Assembly (NCBI RefSeq): GCF_009914755.1
Contig: NC_060926.1
Reading direction: 5' to 3' (one strand)
Source: the human T2T-CHM13v2.0 reference genome, Homo sapiens
Length of the DNA stretch: 64,000 nt
Shown here: piece after piece, positions 13,459-28,069 of the stretch
How the letters are laid out: the number at the start of each line of letters is the position of its first letter
Position numbering within the stretch: position 1 is the first letter of the stretch
Position numbers and translations under genes: made by a program
Notes under the pieces: generated by a model
The model's database searches: none
Told to the model about the DNA's origin: nothing
What the model saw: only the letters and a program-made list of their open reading frames with translations

Positions 13459-15959
13459 GTAAATGAATCTTATTTTCTTTGTCAACAGGCAAGTCATTCT
13501 AAGAATGTTAATTTTTTTCTATGACGCCATATATATCAAAATGACCACAAAATTCCATTATTACGCAAAAGTTAGGGCTTAATGAAGTCAAGCCAATTAA
13601 TGAAATTATTAGTTTATATTTTCTTTTTCTTTTGTTCACTTGATTAATTACTGAATTAATTAAATATAGTAAAAAGCTTTCTGTATACTCCCTGCCACAT
13701 ACTGGTGGATTTGAGTGATATTTTTTCTTTGTACTTGTCTTCAACCGAAGCCTCTAAGTTAGAATTTCCCAATGTATCTTCTGATAAACACTGGCTCCAT
13801 GAGATGTGCAGCTGAAGGGCACTGGAGGACACTCTTACCCTCCTTGGAAAGACAGACCGTACATCACCATACTGACAGCTCTGAGAAACTCGGTAGCAAA
13901 GAATCCTGATGAATTCTGCCAAGTATACTCGATTGTGGAACTTACCTTTCACTTTTCAGCCACAGACATCCCACAGATTTAGTGATTGACAAAATACATC
14001 TTGAGTTACACTTCTAGTGGTTGTGTCCAGGTCAGAGAACACATAAGGCACAGATAGTTTTCTTTCTCTACTAAATATATCTTCAGGCACATATAGGATA
14101 TTGATACATCTTGCACAGCCAACTTCCTTTCTGAATTTATAGTCTGGATTATTTCTGAGACAAGGTGAGGGGTATTCTGGCTGTGGATGTGGGTGAATAG
14201 TGAATATTGAATTTTATAGAATTACTCTATGGCCAGCTTTGAAAAACACTAGAGCCACTCCTTGCTTCTCACAGGACAGGGGAAGTAGAGAAACTGAATA
14301 GCCAGTTGTGTCACTGGGACCCAATCGCTGCTCATTTCTGGGCCTCTCTCATTTTATCTTCAGGAGAATCAGTTTCCAGCGCCTCCCCAGCTCTGGTTTG
14401 GTGCCTGCCTGTACCTCTGTTCTGACCAGTTACGCCTATCCTCCCTTGGCCCTGACTCAACAAGTGTGCACCTCGGGGCTGGAGCCACTGACATCCCATT
14501 GTCAACTAGAAGGGCAGGAGCTGTCAGGAGTGAAGCAGAAAATGTTATGCGGGCTTTTTCAAAGAGTCTTAAAAAAAACCCATTCTGTCAGGGTAACATC
14601 TAACATCTTTTTCCCTTTTAACTCTATAAAAATACAAAGTACCTTATAACCTAGTGATTCCCAGTAGAATATGTATTTATATTTTAAAAAGCTTTAAGAG
14701 TTCTTTAACATACTGGGGTTATCATTGAAGTATTTATGGCAAATTATAATATAAAGTAACAGCCTCACTCTGTGGTTGGTTACCTTATTATAGGGTCATA
14801 AAATGAGCAAGAATAAAATGGGAGGGGAATTTGGAGGTCACTGGCCTGACTTTCTAAGCAGAGCAGGAATCCTTCAAGCTTTCTTGTGGGGATCATTCAC
14901 CCCTGCCCTAACTCCTCCAGCGAGGCCAGCTTTACAGCCCCATGCTACTGACTCTGCTCTGGGGCAGCCCCTTGCATCGCCAGGTGCAAGGATGCTACAG
15001 TCCTAGTCCTGAGCCGCCTTGCCTTTCTCCAAAGCCCTGACACTAACCCGCAAAGATAGAGCCCACTTTAATCTTGGCTTAAGATTGACCTTGTCACTGC
15101 CAAGGTTAGTTAGCCATAAGATACCCCTAATACCAACAGAAGATTCATCTCTAATGCTGGACAGAGAGCCATCCACTAACCTTAGGCACAGGCTTACTCC
15201 TAACCCGAGGCTTGAAACTTCAGCAACCTTCTCCATTTCAACATCTCTTCATGGACTCTACCTCATTGAAACTTGCAAAGACTCCTAGGGAAGAAGTCAT
15301 AACCACATTGATGGAGGGCCAGAGAGGAGTCTCAGTGAAGTCAGATGGCAAATCTCAAACCACACACACCCAGGAGGCAGCCAAGCCAAGGCCCGAATCT
15401 CATGTCTGCTGTTGTCTCCCTAAGGGATCTCGGCGGTGCTGTTCCCAGGGCGCTCACCCGAAGCATGCAAATGGGCGATCTGGTGGGCTCAGATGCAGAT
15501 TCCTGAAGCTGCTGACTTAAGGACTCTGGGGGCCAGGTCAGGAGGCTAGACCCTGATCAAGGATGGACTCGCACCGTCCTCAGCACAGCTGGCAACCATA
15601 GTGGTAACGGTTTCTATTCCTGCTATGAGGAGTGTGCCCCATAGAACCCTTAATAGAGGGGCTCAGCAGTGCCACCTCCATCTACCTCCACAGGAGCCTA
15701 CCAAACAACCCATGCAGAATCCAAATATTCCTCCTTCTGATTCCCAAGTAATCCTGCCCCATTTTCCTAGAATTGTAAAACTGCAAGATTGCAAGGGCCC
15801 TTAAAATTCTCCTGATTCAACCAAGCTTACCCGTTTAGTTTTGTTTTATTACTACAAAGTGTAAAACATGCTATTTTATGTTTCAATTTGTAGTGCTCTT
15901 AGACACTGTTCAATTCCTTGGGATACGCCATCGTTGTGAGCCATAATGCTGTTTTATCT

Positions 15960-16050
15960 GATAAATATTTATCAAGTGCCTACCATGTGCTCATCACTGT
16001 GCCAGTCCACAGCAGAGAACATAACAAAGTAGACATATCCCTGTACTCCT
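15960..16050 (-). mobile_element. L2 3'-end fragment
   Basis: ATAAATATTTATCAAGTGCCTACCATGTGC...CACTGTGCCAG resembles the reverse complement of the L2 terminus. Confidence 0.55.
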
Positions 16051-16467
16051 CAGAAATTTAATTTTATGCTCCATTGTTTTAATTGAGATCTCATTTTTAT
16101 GGGGGAAAATAACTAGTCAAAAAGAATGTTAAAGCTATCTATGCTTTAACAAGAAATGTCTACTAATGCCTGTTTGGAGTCACTTTGCATTATAAAGTCA
16201 GACTTTGTAATAAAGTGGCAGAAAACATTAGATGTGCTCAGACAGAGAGGCAGACACCATGAAGCTGTGTGGCTGTGGGAACACCTGTACACAGCAGAAT
16301 GAGTGTGCTCTAGCCTAGTGCAGCCCGAAGTCAGAGGCCAAATGTCATCCTCAGCAAGGACCTCAAGGTCAAAGGGCATCGCCCATGTGTCTCCACTTCT
16401 GGTATCTTAGTGGCATGCTGAGAGCTCAGAGGGACCTGGGTCGGTGTTGGAGGATGGATTAAGGATG

Positions 16468-16807
16468 GGTAGATGCATGGAATACTACACAGCATGTATG
16501 CATGCATGGATGCAGCTGGACACCAGGATCCTAAGGGAGCTTATACAGAAACAAAGTAACAAATACTGCGTGTCTAGACTTGTAACTGCTATCTAAACAA
16601 TGGTACACACGGACATAAAGATGGAAACAATAGAAACTGGGGATGACACAGGGAGGGAGGGAGTGGGGCAAGGGCTGAAAAACTATGGATTGGATGCTAT
16701 GCTCGCTCTGTGGGTGATGGGCGCACTAGACGCCAAACCTCAGCACTGTGCAATATACCCATGTAACAAACCAGCACATATTCCCCCGAATCTAAAATTA
16801 AAAAAAT
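16468..16807 (+). mobile_element. L1PB-type (L1PB4-like) 3' end
   Basis: GGACATAAAGATGGAAACAATAGAAACTGGGG...GGGGCAAGGGCTGAAAAACTA...AATATACCCATGTAACAAACC...AATCTAAAATTAAAAAAA. Confidence 0.85.
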
Positions 16808-17914
16808 AGGAGTGGTAGATGATTGGATGGGAAGATGACGGATCAGAGTCTAATTTTCATTAGAGCAGAGATGATCAAGATTTTTTTAAATTTACAGTAC
16901 TAACTTCATCTCTTGAATGGTAAAGAAAGAAAAATGGAATTATTTTGCTCTTAATTCTTGTCCTAAAGGAAGAATGAATCCAGTGGTTGATGTAAAAGCG
17001 AGATCCTGGGAGAAGGAGCTGTTGAGTCCTTAGGACTGGAGCACCTGGCCCAATATACAGTGGGCTGTCCTCTTTCCACACTTCCCATTGCATCCCAGGA
17101 CAAAAGTTCTTAGTCATCTGTAACCAGACCACAGGACAAGGTAAGAAATACTAAATGAATAATGATTGAATGATGACCTTACTCAGCTCCCTTTTCCATC
17201 TGGCTAATTCCTACTTATCTCTGAGATGTCAGCTCAGCTGCTACCCGCTTTTGACATCCCCTGTGAGTCCAGGACAAATGGAGCACGCAGGGATTCCCTC
17301 CACCAGAACATTCATCTCACTGTGGAATAACCGTCATCCCCACTGTTAGAATAAAGGACAGGGGTGATGCATACCCCATGGATTATCCCATTACCATGAC
17401 AATGCCCCTCACAGAATCAACACCAGCTAGTAACTGTGGGATGCAGGAATGAATCCTGCACAGCCTCGGTGCTGAAGCTGGTGTTGCAGCTTAGTCTGAA
17501 ATGCCAACAAGTCATGGTAAAGGTGGCCTTATGTAAATTATTGAAGTAAAGATATCCATACTCTATGGACCAGGGTGGTATTTGCCACCCACCTGTGCAT
17601 GGAGGTGCACTGGAGAGTCCTCTAGGGAGAGCCAGGGTCATTCACTAAAGCCTCTTGAGTCCTGCTTCAACACAGGCCCTCAGTGGAAGCCAAGAGCTCT
17701 CCCATTCCCAGTGGAGATGGTTTGTCCTAAGCTCCTGTTGCGGGGCCCTTCAAAAAGCATTCTTCTTTCACCTCCTAATACTTAGTTACCAAGGCAGGCC
17801 TGTGTGTCTTATTTCAGGAAGTTCAGTTCAGAATGAGCAAGATCCATCCTAGTAAAACAAATAAACTCTTCAAAGAATGCAGGTTTTGTCAGTGTGTGCT
17901 CATGATGCATGCAT

Positions 17915-18480
<566 letters not shown>

Positions 18481-18825
18481 TTACGAAGAAAAACCAACAC
18501 ATGAACTATCTCCCTAAGCTGAGCAGGCTCTCGCTGTTCCTAACTCTCCCAGACTCATTCTTTTTGCACCCTTAAGTCCTGCAAAGCCTCATCTCATATG
18601 GTCTGGAAGTCCCCAAGAAGAGTCTCATCTGTGTCCTTGTGTCACCTACCTCGGAGACACTGTGGTCTTCTGCTTGGAGTTGCCCTCAGCATGCTGGGGT
18701 GAAGGTTCCTCTCTGAGCAGGGTCTCAGAGCCTAGAGCCTCACTGCTTGGGCTTTGATGTCTTTGTGAGGCTTCAGTGCAGCAGCTCTCAATCTTAAGTC
18801 TAGACACCCTGCACCCCATGAGACC

Positions 18826-19171
18826 CATCTCAGTCAACCTGGGCTGCTAAAACAACTATCATAGACTGGGGCGATTTATAAACAACACAAATTTGTCCCT
18901 GTTCTGGTGTGTGGGAAGTCTAAGATTTAGGTGCCGGTAGATCTGGTGTCTGGTGAGGATCAGTTTCCTAGTTCATACACGGTGTCCTTGCATGGAAGAA
19001 GGAAGGAGAGGTCTCTCAGGGACCTCTTCAGTAAGAACACCGATCCCATTTGTGAGAACTCCACCCTCATTAGCTAATCACACTTCAAAGACCCCACCCC
19101 CACAGTCTCATCTTGGAGGTCAGGATTTCAACATGTGAGTTTGGGGGTCCACAAACATTCCATTCTCAGCA
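18826..19171 (-). mobile_element. MaLR solo LTR (MST/MLT1A0-type)
   Basis: GGGCTGCTAAAACAACTATCATAGACTGGG...GGAAGTCTAAGAT...GGATTTCAACATGTGAGTTTGGGGG...ACAAACATTC...AGCA; 5-bp TSD AGACC on both sides (18821-18825, 19172-19176). Confidence 0.88.
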
Positions 19172-21412
19172 AGACCCAAACCTGAGTCCACAGGGAGCAT
19201 GCCTGGGGAGAGCTAAGTCACCCCACACCCTCACCCAACCTGCTGTCCTTTGTGTTACTAGAGCAGCCTGGCTGTGCTGCCTGAACCCTTCCTTCCTTCT
19301 ACTGCAAGCCCTTCAGTCCTTGTGAAAATAGATTTCTCTTGCTTCATGCATGCAACCTTTTAGGGTCTATCTTGGAACCTTGCTACATGAATATCATCTT
19401 AATATAGTTGAGGACACCCAGGTTCTGTACATACTACCAAGAACAGACAAGCAAAACGCTCGGTGTCCACTGCTGTCTGTAAAAGACAGTGCATAAAATG
19501 AGCTGGTGTGGGTTTAGCCCCTGTGCTCTTCACTGCCAACTTTCATGGTGAGGTTGTGTGAGGGTAGGAAAGCTCCAAGCTCCAGAGTCTTGTCCTGAAG
19601 TGCAGTGGCAGTGACCTTCTCCCCTCTAATGCCCCTCATGGGTGTCCCTGCAGGATTCCCTCAGTGTCTACAGGGCGCTCTGCTGTGGCTCTGCTCTAGG
19701 AGGTACCTTACATGGTGCTGCTTCCTACTGCCAACAGTGGTCACTTCCTGGGACTCATCACGTCCAGTCTTCAGTGGGTTCACTGTGAGCCTTGCTGTGA
19801 CACCCTCGGCTCTCTGCAGCAGATGGGCAGGGAGCTCCCAGCCCCTCTTTGGAAGCCCACTCTATTAGACAGCCGTGGATGCTGGATGAGCACGTTCTCT
19901 GGGAATCAGTGGAGCAAAAAGGCGAGACTACCCTAGGAGAGAAGAGGGGAGAGGAACAGACAGACTCTGCACCCACAGGCAGAAGAGGAGCCCCGCAGAC
20001 TCAAGTGAAGAGACCTTCTGTGGGTCCAGGCCTCCAGTTACTGGGCTGACAAAAGAGTATCAAGAAGGGACAGTGTGGCCACAGCATCAAGGAAGTGATG
20101 CCGGGGCTGGGGAGGATGGGCACCCCCTGCAGCCTTTCTGCTTCTGTGTCTTGGACTGGTCCATGCTTGATATGGCTTTGTTCTCACCAGCTGTAGACTG
20201 ATGTGGGACAGGGTGGCCATGCATCCTCTGGGTCCTGACACACTTGCTTCTGCGACTCAGGGCTTCGTTGCTCAACAAATGGCACTGGCATGGTGAGATT
20301 GCTGCTGATGACAGGTGATGACACAACTGTCTGCCAGAACCTTGTGGCATCTGGAAACACACACACCTGTACACACACATGCATACATTTTCATGCACAC
20401 TTCATTATGTCCAGCAGTGACAGATTCCTGAAATAAATCATCTGAGTTCTGCTGCCTGATTTGGGTTGGAGATCTTTAATGGTTCTACAGAAGCCAGCTA
20501 AGAAACCCATAAAATATCCCTGAAGCATTTATGGTGTTTTTCTGAATATTTAATAGGAGCTGCTGGAAAACGTCTTCACACGTTACTGAGACTGGTAGGT
20601 GGTTTGCTGTTTTATTTGAAGGACAATGTATTTGATAATCTTGCTTTGCATAAAATGCTTCTCTAAAGAAGAAAAGTTATACTTAAGGATGTCCTGGGGT
20701 GAGGACCATGATATAGAGAGCTTCGGATGGGAATTCAAGCCGACAGACAGGAGCAGCATCAATGACTGAGACACCCTCACAGACCATCCATGCCCCTGAG
20801 GTCTCTGCCTGGGGATGCTCCTCCTGAACCTCCAGGACGTGCAAAGTCACCCTTCAATGTGCCCCAAAGGAGCTGCTTGGCCAGGCAAAACCCCTCTTGT
20901 GAAGAGCCCTCTTCAGGGTAGGGAAAGGAGCTCTGGGTAAGGAAGGCAAAATGGGGCAAGGTGTGGGGACTAGGCCTGGTAGAGAAGGTCTTGGAGTTCC
21001 TTTGTTACTCTCTTTCCCTGTGACTTCACAAGAGAAAAGATAAAATCCATGGAGCCAACAATCCTTGGATGTGGGTGTAGGGGAAAGATCGAGACAGACT
21101 CCTGAGCCCAGGTTTCTGGGACAAGAGTGTGTCCAGGCTGGTCTGACCCACTAAGTGGAGAGGCCATCCAGGCTTTGGAACTGAAGACCTGGGACTCAGA
21201 CAAGTGTGCAGTTTCTAACTTGTGATTGGTGACCTGCCTTAGCTTATATCTATGTCCCTGGGTCATATGTGTAGATCTCTGTCCATCCTCAGAAGCCGGG
21301 CAGGGTGCAGCAGTCATGGCAGAAAGGGGTGGAGATTAGGGGAATGCTGGCCGCCTCTGCTCATCAGGTCATGCTGACATTTTGCGTTCACAGGGAGTAG
21401 AACCGTTCCATA

Positions 21413-22605
21413 TTAAGATGGATTAAAGACAAACATAAGACCTAAAACCATAAAAACACTAGAAGAAGACCTAGGCAATACCATTCAGGAGATAGGCATG
21501 GGCAAAGACTTCATGACTAAAACACCAAAAAGCAACGGCAACAAAAGCCAAAGTTGACAAATGGGATCCAATTAAACTAAAGAACTTCTGCACAGCAATA
21601 GAAACTATCATCAGAGTGAACAGGAAACCTACAGAATGGGAGAAAATATTTGCAATCTATCCATCTGACAAAGGACTAATATCCAGAATCTACAAAGAAC
21701 TTAAATAAATTTACAAGGAAAAACCCCATCAAAAAGTGGGTGAAGACATTTATTTGGAACAGACACTTCTCAAAAGAAGACATTTATTTGGCCAAGAAAC
21801 ATATTTAAAAAAGCTCATCATCACTGGTCATTAGAGAAATGCAAATCAAAACCACAATGAGATACCATCTCACACCAGTTAGAATGGTTATCATTAAAAA
21901 GTCAGGAAACAGCAGATGCTGGAGAGGATGTGGAGAAATAGGAATGCTCTTACACTGTTGGTAGGAATGTAAATTAGTTTAGCCGTTGTGGAAGGCAGTG
22001 TGACTGTTCCTCAAGGATCTAGAACAAGAAATATCGTTTGACCCAGCATTCCCATTACTGGGCCCAAAGGATTATAAATCATTCTACTATAAAGACATAT
22101 GCACACGTATGTTTATTGCAGCACTATTTACAATAGCAAAGACTTGGAACCAACCCAAATGCCCATCAATGATAAACTGGATAAAGAAAATGTGGCACAT
22201 ATACACCATGGAATGCTATGCAGCCATAAAAAAGGATGAGTTCATGTCCTTTGCAGGGACATGGATGAAGCTGGAAACCATCATTCTCAGCAAACTAACA
22301 CAGGAACAGAAAATCAAACACCACATGTTCTCACTCATAAGTGGGAATTGAACAATGAGAATGCATGGACACAGGGAGGGGAACATCACACACTGGGGCC
22401 TGTTGAGGGGTGGGGGGTTAGGGGAAAGATAGCATTAGGAGAAATACCTAACATAGATGATGGGTTGATGGGTGCAGCAAACCACCATGGGACATGTATA
22501 CCTATGTAACAAACCTGCACATTCTGCACATGTATCCCAGAACTTAAAGTATAATAAAAAATAAAAAGAAAAAAAGACTAAAAAAAAAAAAAAGAAAAAA
22601 GAAAG
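21413..22605 (+). mobile_element. L1PA (L1PA7-like) 5'-truncated 3' end
   Basis: ORF 22109-22351 MFIAALFTIAKTWNQPKCPSMINWIKKMWHIYTMECYAAIKKDEFMSFAGTWMKLETIILSKL is the ORF2p C-terminus. 3'UTR TAGCATTAGGAGAAATACCTAA...GATGGGTTGATGGGTGCAGCAAACCACCATGG; A-rich tail. Confidence 0.95.
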
Positions 22606-23651
22606 AGACACTGAGAACAGAAGTGTGTGGAAGATGCAGCCAATTCATTTTTGAGCACATGAATGTGACACTCACATCTTGGCCTTTACAAGCAAATGCC
22701 CGAAGACAATGGCTGGAGTGGAAGCTGGGCTGCTGGTCACAGGTAATGGTGATGACACCATTTGGACCAACACAGAGGCCAGGGAGGGCAGCGAGACCAG
22801 ATCAGAAGCAGCCCTGAGAAGTAGAAGTCCAGGAGCTGGGAGAACCCATGGAGGCTCTGCAATGACTGCGGCCTCTGGCGTGAGAGCTTCTCCGGATGAG
22901 AACCCTGGCTTCAGCACCACAGCCCACAACTGTTCAGAAGAATGTTTACACCCACACCTGCTGGGGAAATGTCAGGGCCTTGGCAGATTGCTGCTTAGAG
23001 ATTCCTGCAATCAGAGTGCTTCCCTCCCCACACTGCTTCTCTAGATGTTCTTATAGGATCTTCACTGCTCCTTATTCTTCCTCTCCCTCCACGTGTGCTG
23101 CCGGCCTATGCCATGCGAGGTCCTATTCCAGACTCAGGGTGCGGCAGTGACCAGGTAAGTCCCTGAACCTGCCTTCTCGGACTTTTTAATCTAGGCAGAG
23201 ACACCTTCCAAAAAGACAGGGAAATGAATGTACCAGTATGAAGTTTTAGATCAGGATCACCCCTCTGAAACCAATAAATAAGGTGTTATGTTATATACAC
23301 ACTTATCTGAAGGCCCATGTATCACAGGAGACCTTTTAGCCTTGAAGACTGAAGAACTGCCCACTAAATCAGTTTATTTAATGTGCTACTAAGATACTAT
23401 GGAGGGTGTGGACTGCTGGACCAAAATGGCTTCATATCATTGGCAGTCTCTGCATTACTACAAAAGGAAAGGCCCTGGCAATGCTGGGGAGAGGACAGAC
23501 GACTCTTCTATAAACAAACAAATTTGGGGATTTTTATGGCAAAACAAATGTGTGTATTTACATATACACATTAAACAAATAGAATTACTTACAGGTATTT
23601 TTAATCCTAATACACAGTATGATCCTTTAGAACTTAACTATCTCTAATTGA

Positions 23652-23994
<343 letters not shown>

Positions 23995-24969
23995 TAATTG
24001 AGTTTTAAAGCCACAATAATATGCTGGCAAAGGCCCTTTATATAGTTTTATTGGGGAAGGAGTAACAAACACTTGTTTAATGATGACTTCATGAGTAACG
24101 CAACTCACATATGACTGGGGTGTTCACTTTGAGCTCTGGGGTGCAGTTGGTGCTCTTTCTGTAGCATCTCAAGGTAAAACAAATGAACCATCAGCAATTT
24201 CTGTTATACCCTTCCACCCCCAGCCCCTCCCACCCAGGAAGCCCAGAAACCCCCTGGGCACTTATATACTTCCAAATGTCCCTAGGGCCAGGGATCAGTT
24301 TCTGCCCCCCGGGTAGGGACCTCACAGCCCACCAAGAGCAAGTGCACTGTGCTCCCCAGGGAGGCTCACTCAGCATGCTGCACAGGTGCAGAGGTGTCCA
24401 GGAGCCTCAGCTGGTGCATGGTGGTCACTGCTGAGCCATGACTATACTGCTGATGCTGGGTGCACCCCATCTCGGCCCTCTTGCCGTGGTCTGGAGCCTT
24501 GAGTGGGAGCTCCCAATCACTATGACACCAGGGACTCTGCAGGCTGGGGCAGGGGCACTCATCCAGGCAGTCTAAGAAGGAGGGCTCCCCCACAGCTGGA
24601 CCCAACCTCCCCCTCTTGTGGTCCCCCACAGCCTCTGCTCCTCCAGGCCTTGAAGGCTGTGTAGAGGACAAAGCACCCCTCCCCTGAGCTTAATGTGCAG
24701 GAAAGATGGCTCACAATGTCACCATGCTTTGGATCATTCAGAGCCATCATTTTTAGGAGCGGGCTGACCCAGGAGGCAGACCATGAGAAGCCCCCAAGCT
24801 TACTGCCTGGCCGTCTCTGCCGCTGGCCTGCCTTCCCCAGAGCTTTCTAACCTCAGGGCTTCATGGCCTCCACACACTTGGATTTGCCTAGGGCAACCCT
24901 AGGCCATCAGGGTTACTAAACATGTCTCCCCAACACATGCCCGCACTTTGGATCCAAGGGGAGCTGGGC

Positions 24970-25022
24970 AAGGGGTGCTGTCCCTGTCATCTCTAAGGGG
25001 TGCTGTCCCTTCCATCTCTAAG
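24970..25022. repeat. 25-bp tandem duplication
   Basis: AAGGGGTGCTGTCCCTGTCATCTCT / AAGGGGTGCTGTCCCTTCCATCTCT, then AAG. Confidence 0.9.
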
Positions 25023-25739
25023 CTCCTAGGTGCTGCACATTCCCTTCCCATTCCCAAGCAAGCTGCCAGCTTTGCACAGGAGTCTCTTGATAGAGAATAA
25101 AGCATTAAAGGCCTGACTTAGCAAACTTCCCCACTAAAATTAGAATTGTTCTATTTTGTTGTATTTATCTTTTGGCTATTTTTCCTCAAGAACCTTCATT
25201 ATGCTCCTTAAAAAGCCAATAGGAATTAGAAGAGTTATAGAGTTCCAGAGCCTGGGAATGTATGGGGAGCTCAGCAAGCATGGGTTCAGGCCGCCCTCCC
25301 TGACTGGGGCACCATGCCACCACGCGGTGCTGACAGCAGCCTGTAGCCTGAAGCGCCTCGGGCCACGCTTAGGAAGGCCACCCAGCCATTCATGGTGTTC
25401 GTACGGACACATTGGACCATTTTAATGCCAGTGAGTGTGGCCAGATTTACTGCCTGGGGGCTGGGGGTGAAGCCAGCAGCCTTGAGCATTCTATTGAACA
25501 CACCCTTGGTATCCACCCAGAAATTCCCAACAACTCCCAGTGGAGATGCAGGACAACAGTGCGTGTGGAAGTGCCATGCAAACTGCAGCCCTAACTAAAT
25601 GTGAGCAACAGTGATCCGTTGCTATTACTGATCATTCCTTGGGAGGTCAGGGCTGTCTCCTAAACAGTGTGCCTCTCTAGAAAGCTAGTAGATTGGAGAT
25701 TCAGAGGCACACTTGGCTGTCTGAAGACATGTAGCCCTG

Positions 25740-26040
25740 GCTCTCCGTGCCACTTCCCGTGCTTCCTAGGTGAGCTTTGTAATGTTTCTCATCTCAGTTT
25801 CCCAGCTGGGAAGCAAGAATGCTCACCGTCCTCACCCTCATCACCTGCCATTGTTAACATTGGCCACCTGTTCACTCTGGGCCACACTCTGCTCTCAAGG
25901 ACCCTTGCAGATGGAGCCATCCAGGCTCCCCAGAGCCCTCTGGATGGTGCTGTGTTCCCTTATTCCCATTCCACAGATGATGAAGCAGAGAGGTGAACAC
26001 TGCTCAGGATGACATGGGAGGTACAAGTGCGAGGCTTGGG
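25740..26040. mobile_element. Degenerate MIR fragments (sense then antisense)
   Basis: CATCTCAGTTTCCCAGCTGG (sense core) and TTATTCCCATTCCACAGATGATGAAGCAGAG (antisense core). Confidence 0.5.
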
Positions 26041-28069
26041 GGCCCACCTGGCTCAGAAAGAGCTCAGCTTTTTTTGTAATCTCCACACTCACCAGAGCTG
26101 CTCCTGCTTGGTCCACCTGAGGGCCAGCTTTGGAGAAGAGAAGGAGGGTAGAGAGCAACATGCACCTCAGCCTAGGTTTGTCCAGCCCAGCAGAAACCAC
26201 TGTGCCTAGCCTCCTGGCTTCTGACTTGTGCCGTTTCCCCTCCTCCCATGCCTTTTTCATACATACACCCCTCTCTCACACACACCCCTCTCGCATGCAC
26301 ACACGCACAGACACACACAGAGAGCCCAGCATCCCCACCCTACACTGGTTTTAGTGCTCCTCCTCTGTGCTTCCAGGCCTCTGTGCGTCTCTCTTGTAGA
26401 GCGAACCCCGAGACCAGCTGCTGTGCTCTGGGCATGTCTAGAAGTCCATGCCTAGCACAAGGATCTTCTCCTTCTACAGGAGATGCCTATAATGATATTT
26501 GACTTAAATTAACTGGTCCTTAGGAGGAAAATAAAAGGGATGTAGTTTGGATTCTGCATATCTATTCACTGATTAGCAAGATGCACTCTGAGCAGTGGGA
26601 CTGTGTGCGTGTGCCATGTAGCTTTTCATTTATTTATTTTCAAAGTGGTGGTATTCTTTCTAGGAAATACAACCAGAAAAACAATGACAGGAAATATTTG
26701 CAAATTACTTGACAAATATAATATTAGGAGAATTGCTATTGGCAATATGAGTGAAGGGATGAGGTGCATTGCTATGGAAACTAAAGGAAATGCAAAGTTA
26801 ATATTGGCCAATCATACAAAGTCAGAGTCCTCCAATAAAAGGCCGTGACTCATTCCACTGCATTTGTCATCTAAAAAAAAAAGACAATTCTCTTATTTTC
26901 CTTGTTTCTCTCACTGTCTCTCCATTGTATTAAAGTCGGGCATTTCCATTTGAGCCAATGCAGTTAGTTGGACCAGCATTGCTGAATAACTCCCATGTAC
27001 CCAATGCCAGACCAGGCTCTGGGGCACGTAGAGACAAGTAAAACAGAAGGTCACTGCCCCTCCTGTTGGTGGACACTATCCTTTCCCTACCTGCACAATT
27101 GCCCATCCGCTTGCCCCTGAACAGAACTCCAGGTTGGCCCACACATACAATGACTGTAGGCTTGGGGGAGCAGAGGCTATCTAAGCCCAGAGAGGGCATC
27201 TGGGTTGGTGTAAACTGCATATGGTGTCATTATTGCCTATGCTAAAGAATGAGTTAGGTCTAGGTTTCTGGGTTCATAACTTAATCACAGCCACTGTTCC
27301 CTGTTGAAGAGTCAACTAGGCTTCGGTGAAAAGTTTTCCTCACTTGTAATACCAGAGGCACAAGAGAAAATGTTTCCTTTTTTGGTTGCTTCACCACATC
27401 TGCAAGTGGCTTTCAGGTTTGGTGACATTGGAGAGGAACATCACCTGCCTGTTAGTAAGGCAGGGCAGAGAGACACAAAAGGCCTCTTAGAGACCTTTAG
27501 AGACATTGCTCCATTGACCAACTTTGGACCTTATCCCACTGTCTTTAGGCGAGATGAGACTGTCATTGTATATGCTGCTTTAGTGGGGTTTTCTACAGCT
27601 CGTGATTGAAAATATACCCTACGATCAAACATATCTACCTTGGAGAAAAGTGCGTTATCCTCCAAGGATCTACCCAATGTAGCAGAACAATTCAAAGTGG
27701 CCAGAATATCACATTTCCATCATCAAATCAAGTTCTAGTTTAAAAGCTTCCCCCAGTGGATAGTTTCTTTGCTACTTTTCTGCATTTCAAAACACCTGTG
27801 CATATTCCTAACATATCCCTTAACATTATGCCTTGCTATACTTCTTCATACGTATTTCTTCCACTTAGACCAGGCTATCAGCTTCTTATCATCTGGGAAA
27901 ATTTTTTTCTCTATTTGACTTTGAATTCCTAGGGTTGTTTCTAATGCCATCATATATACTTAGTAAATATTTGTTGGTAGATTTGATGCACTCATAAAAT
28001 GCATGTTTATAGATAGGTCCTCTAAAAATAATATTTATTAGGTTTTCTGTTAACTGACTGCACTTAAGA

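Noticed and set aside
13940-13950. Perfect minus-strand donor AAG/GTAAGT
   Set aside because: I found no convincing acceptor at exon-like distance; isolated donors are common.
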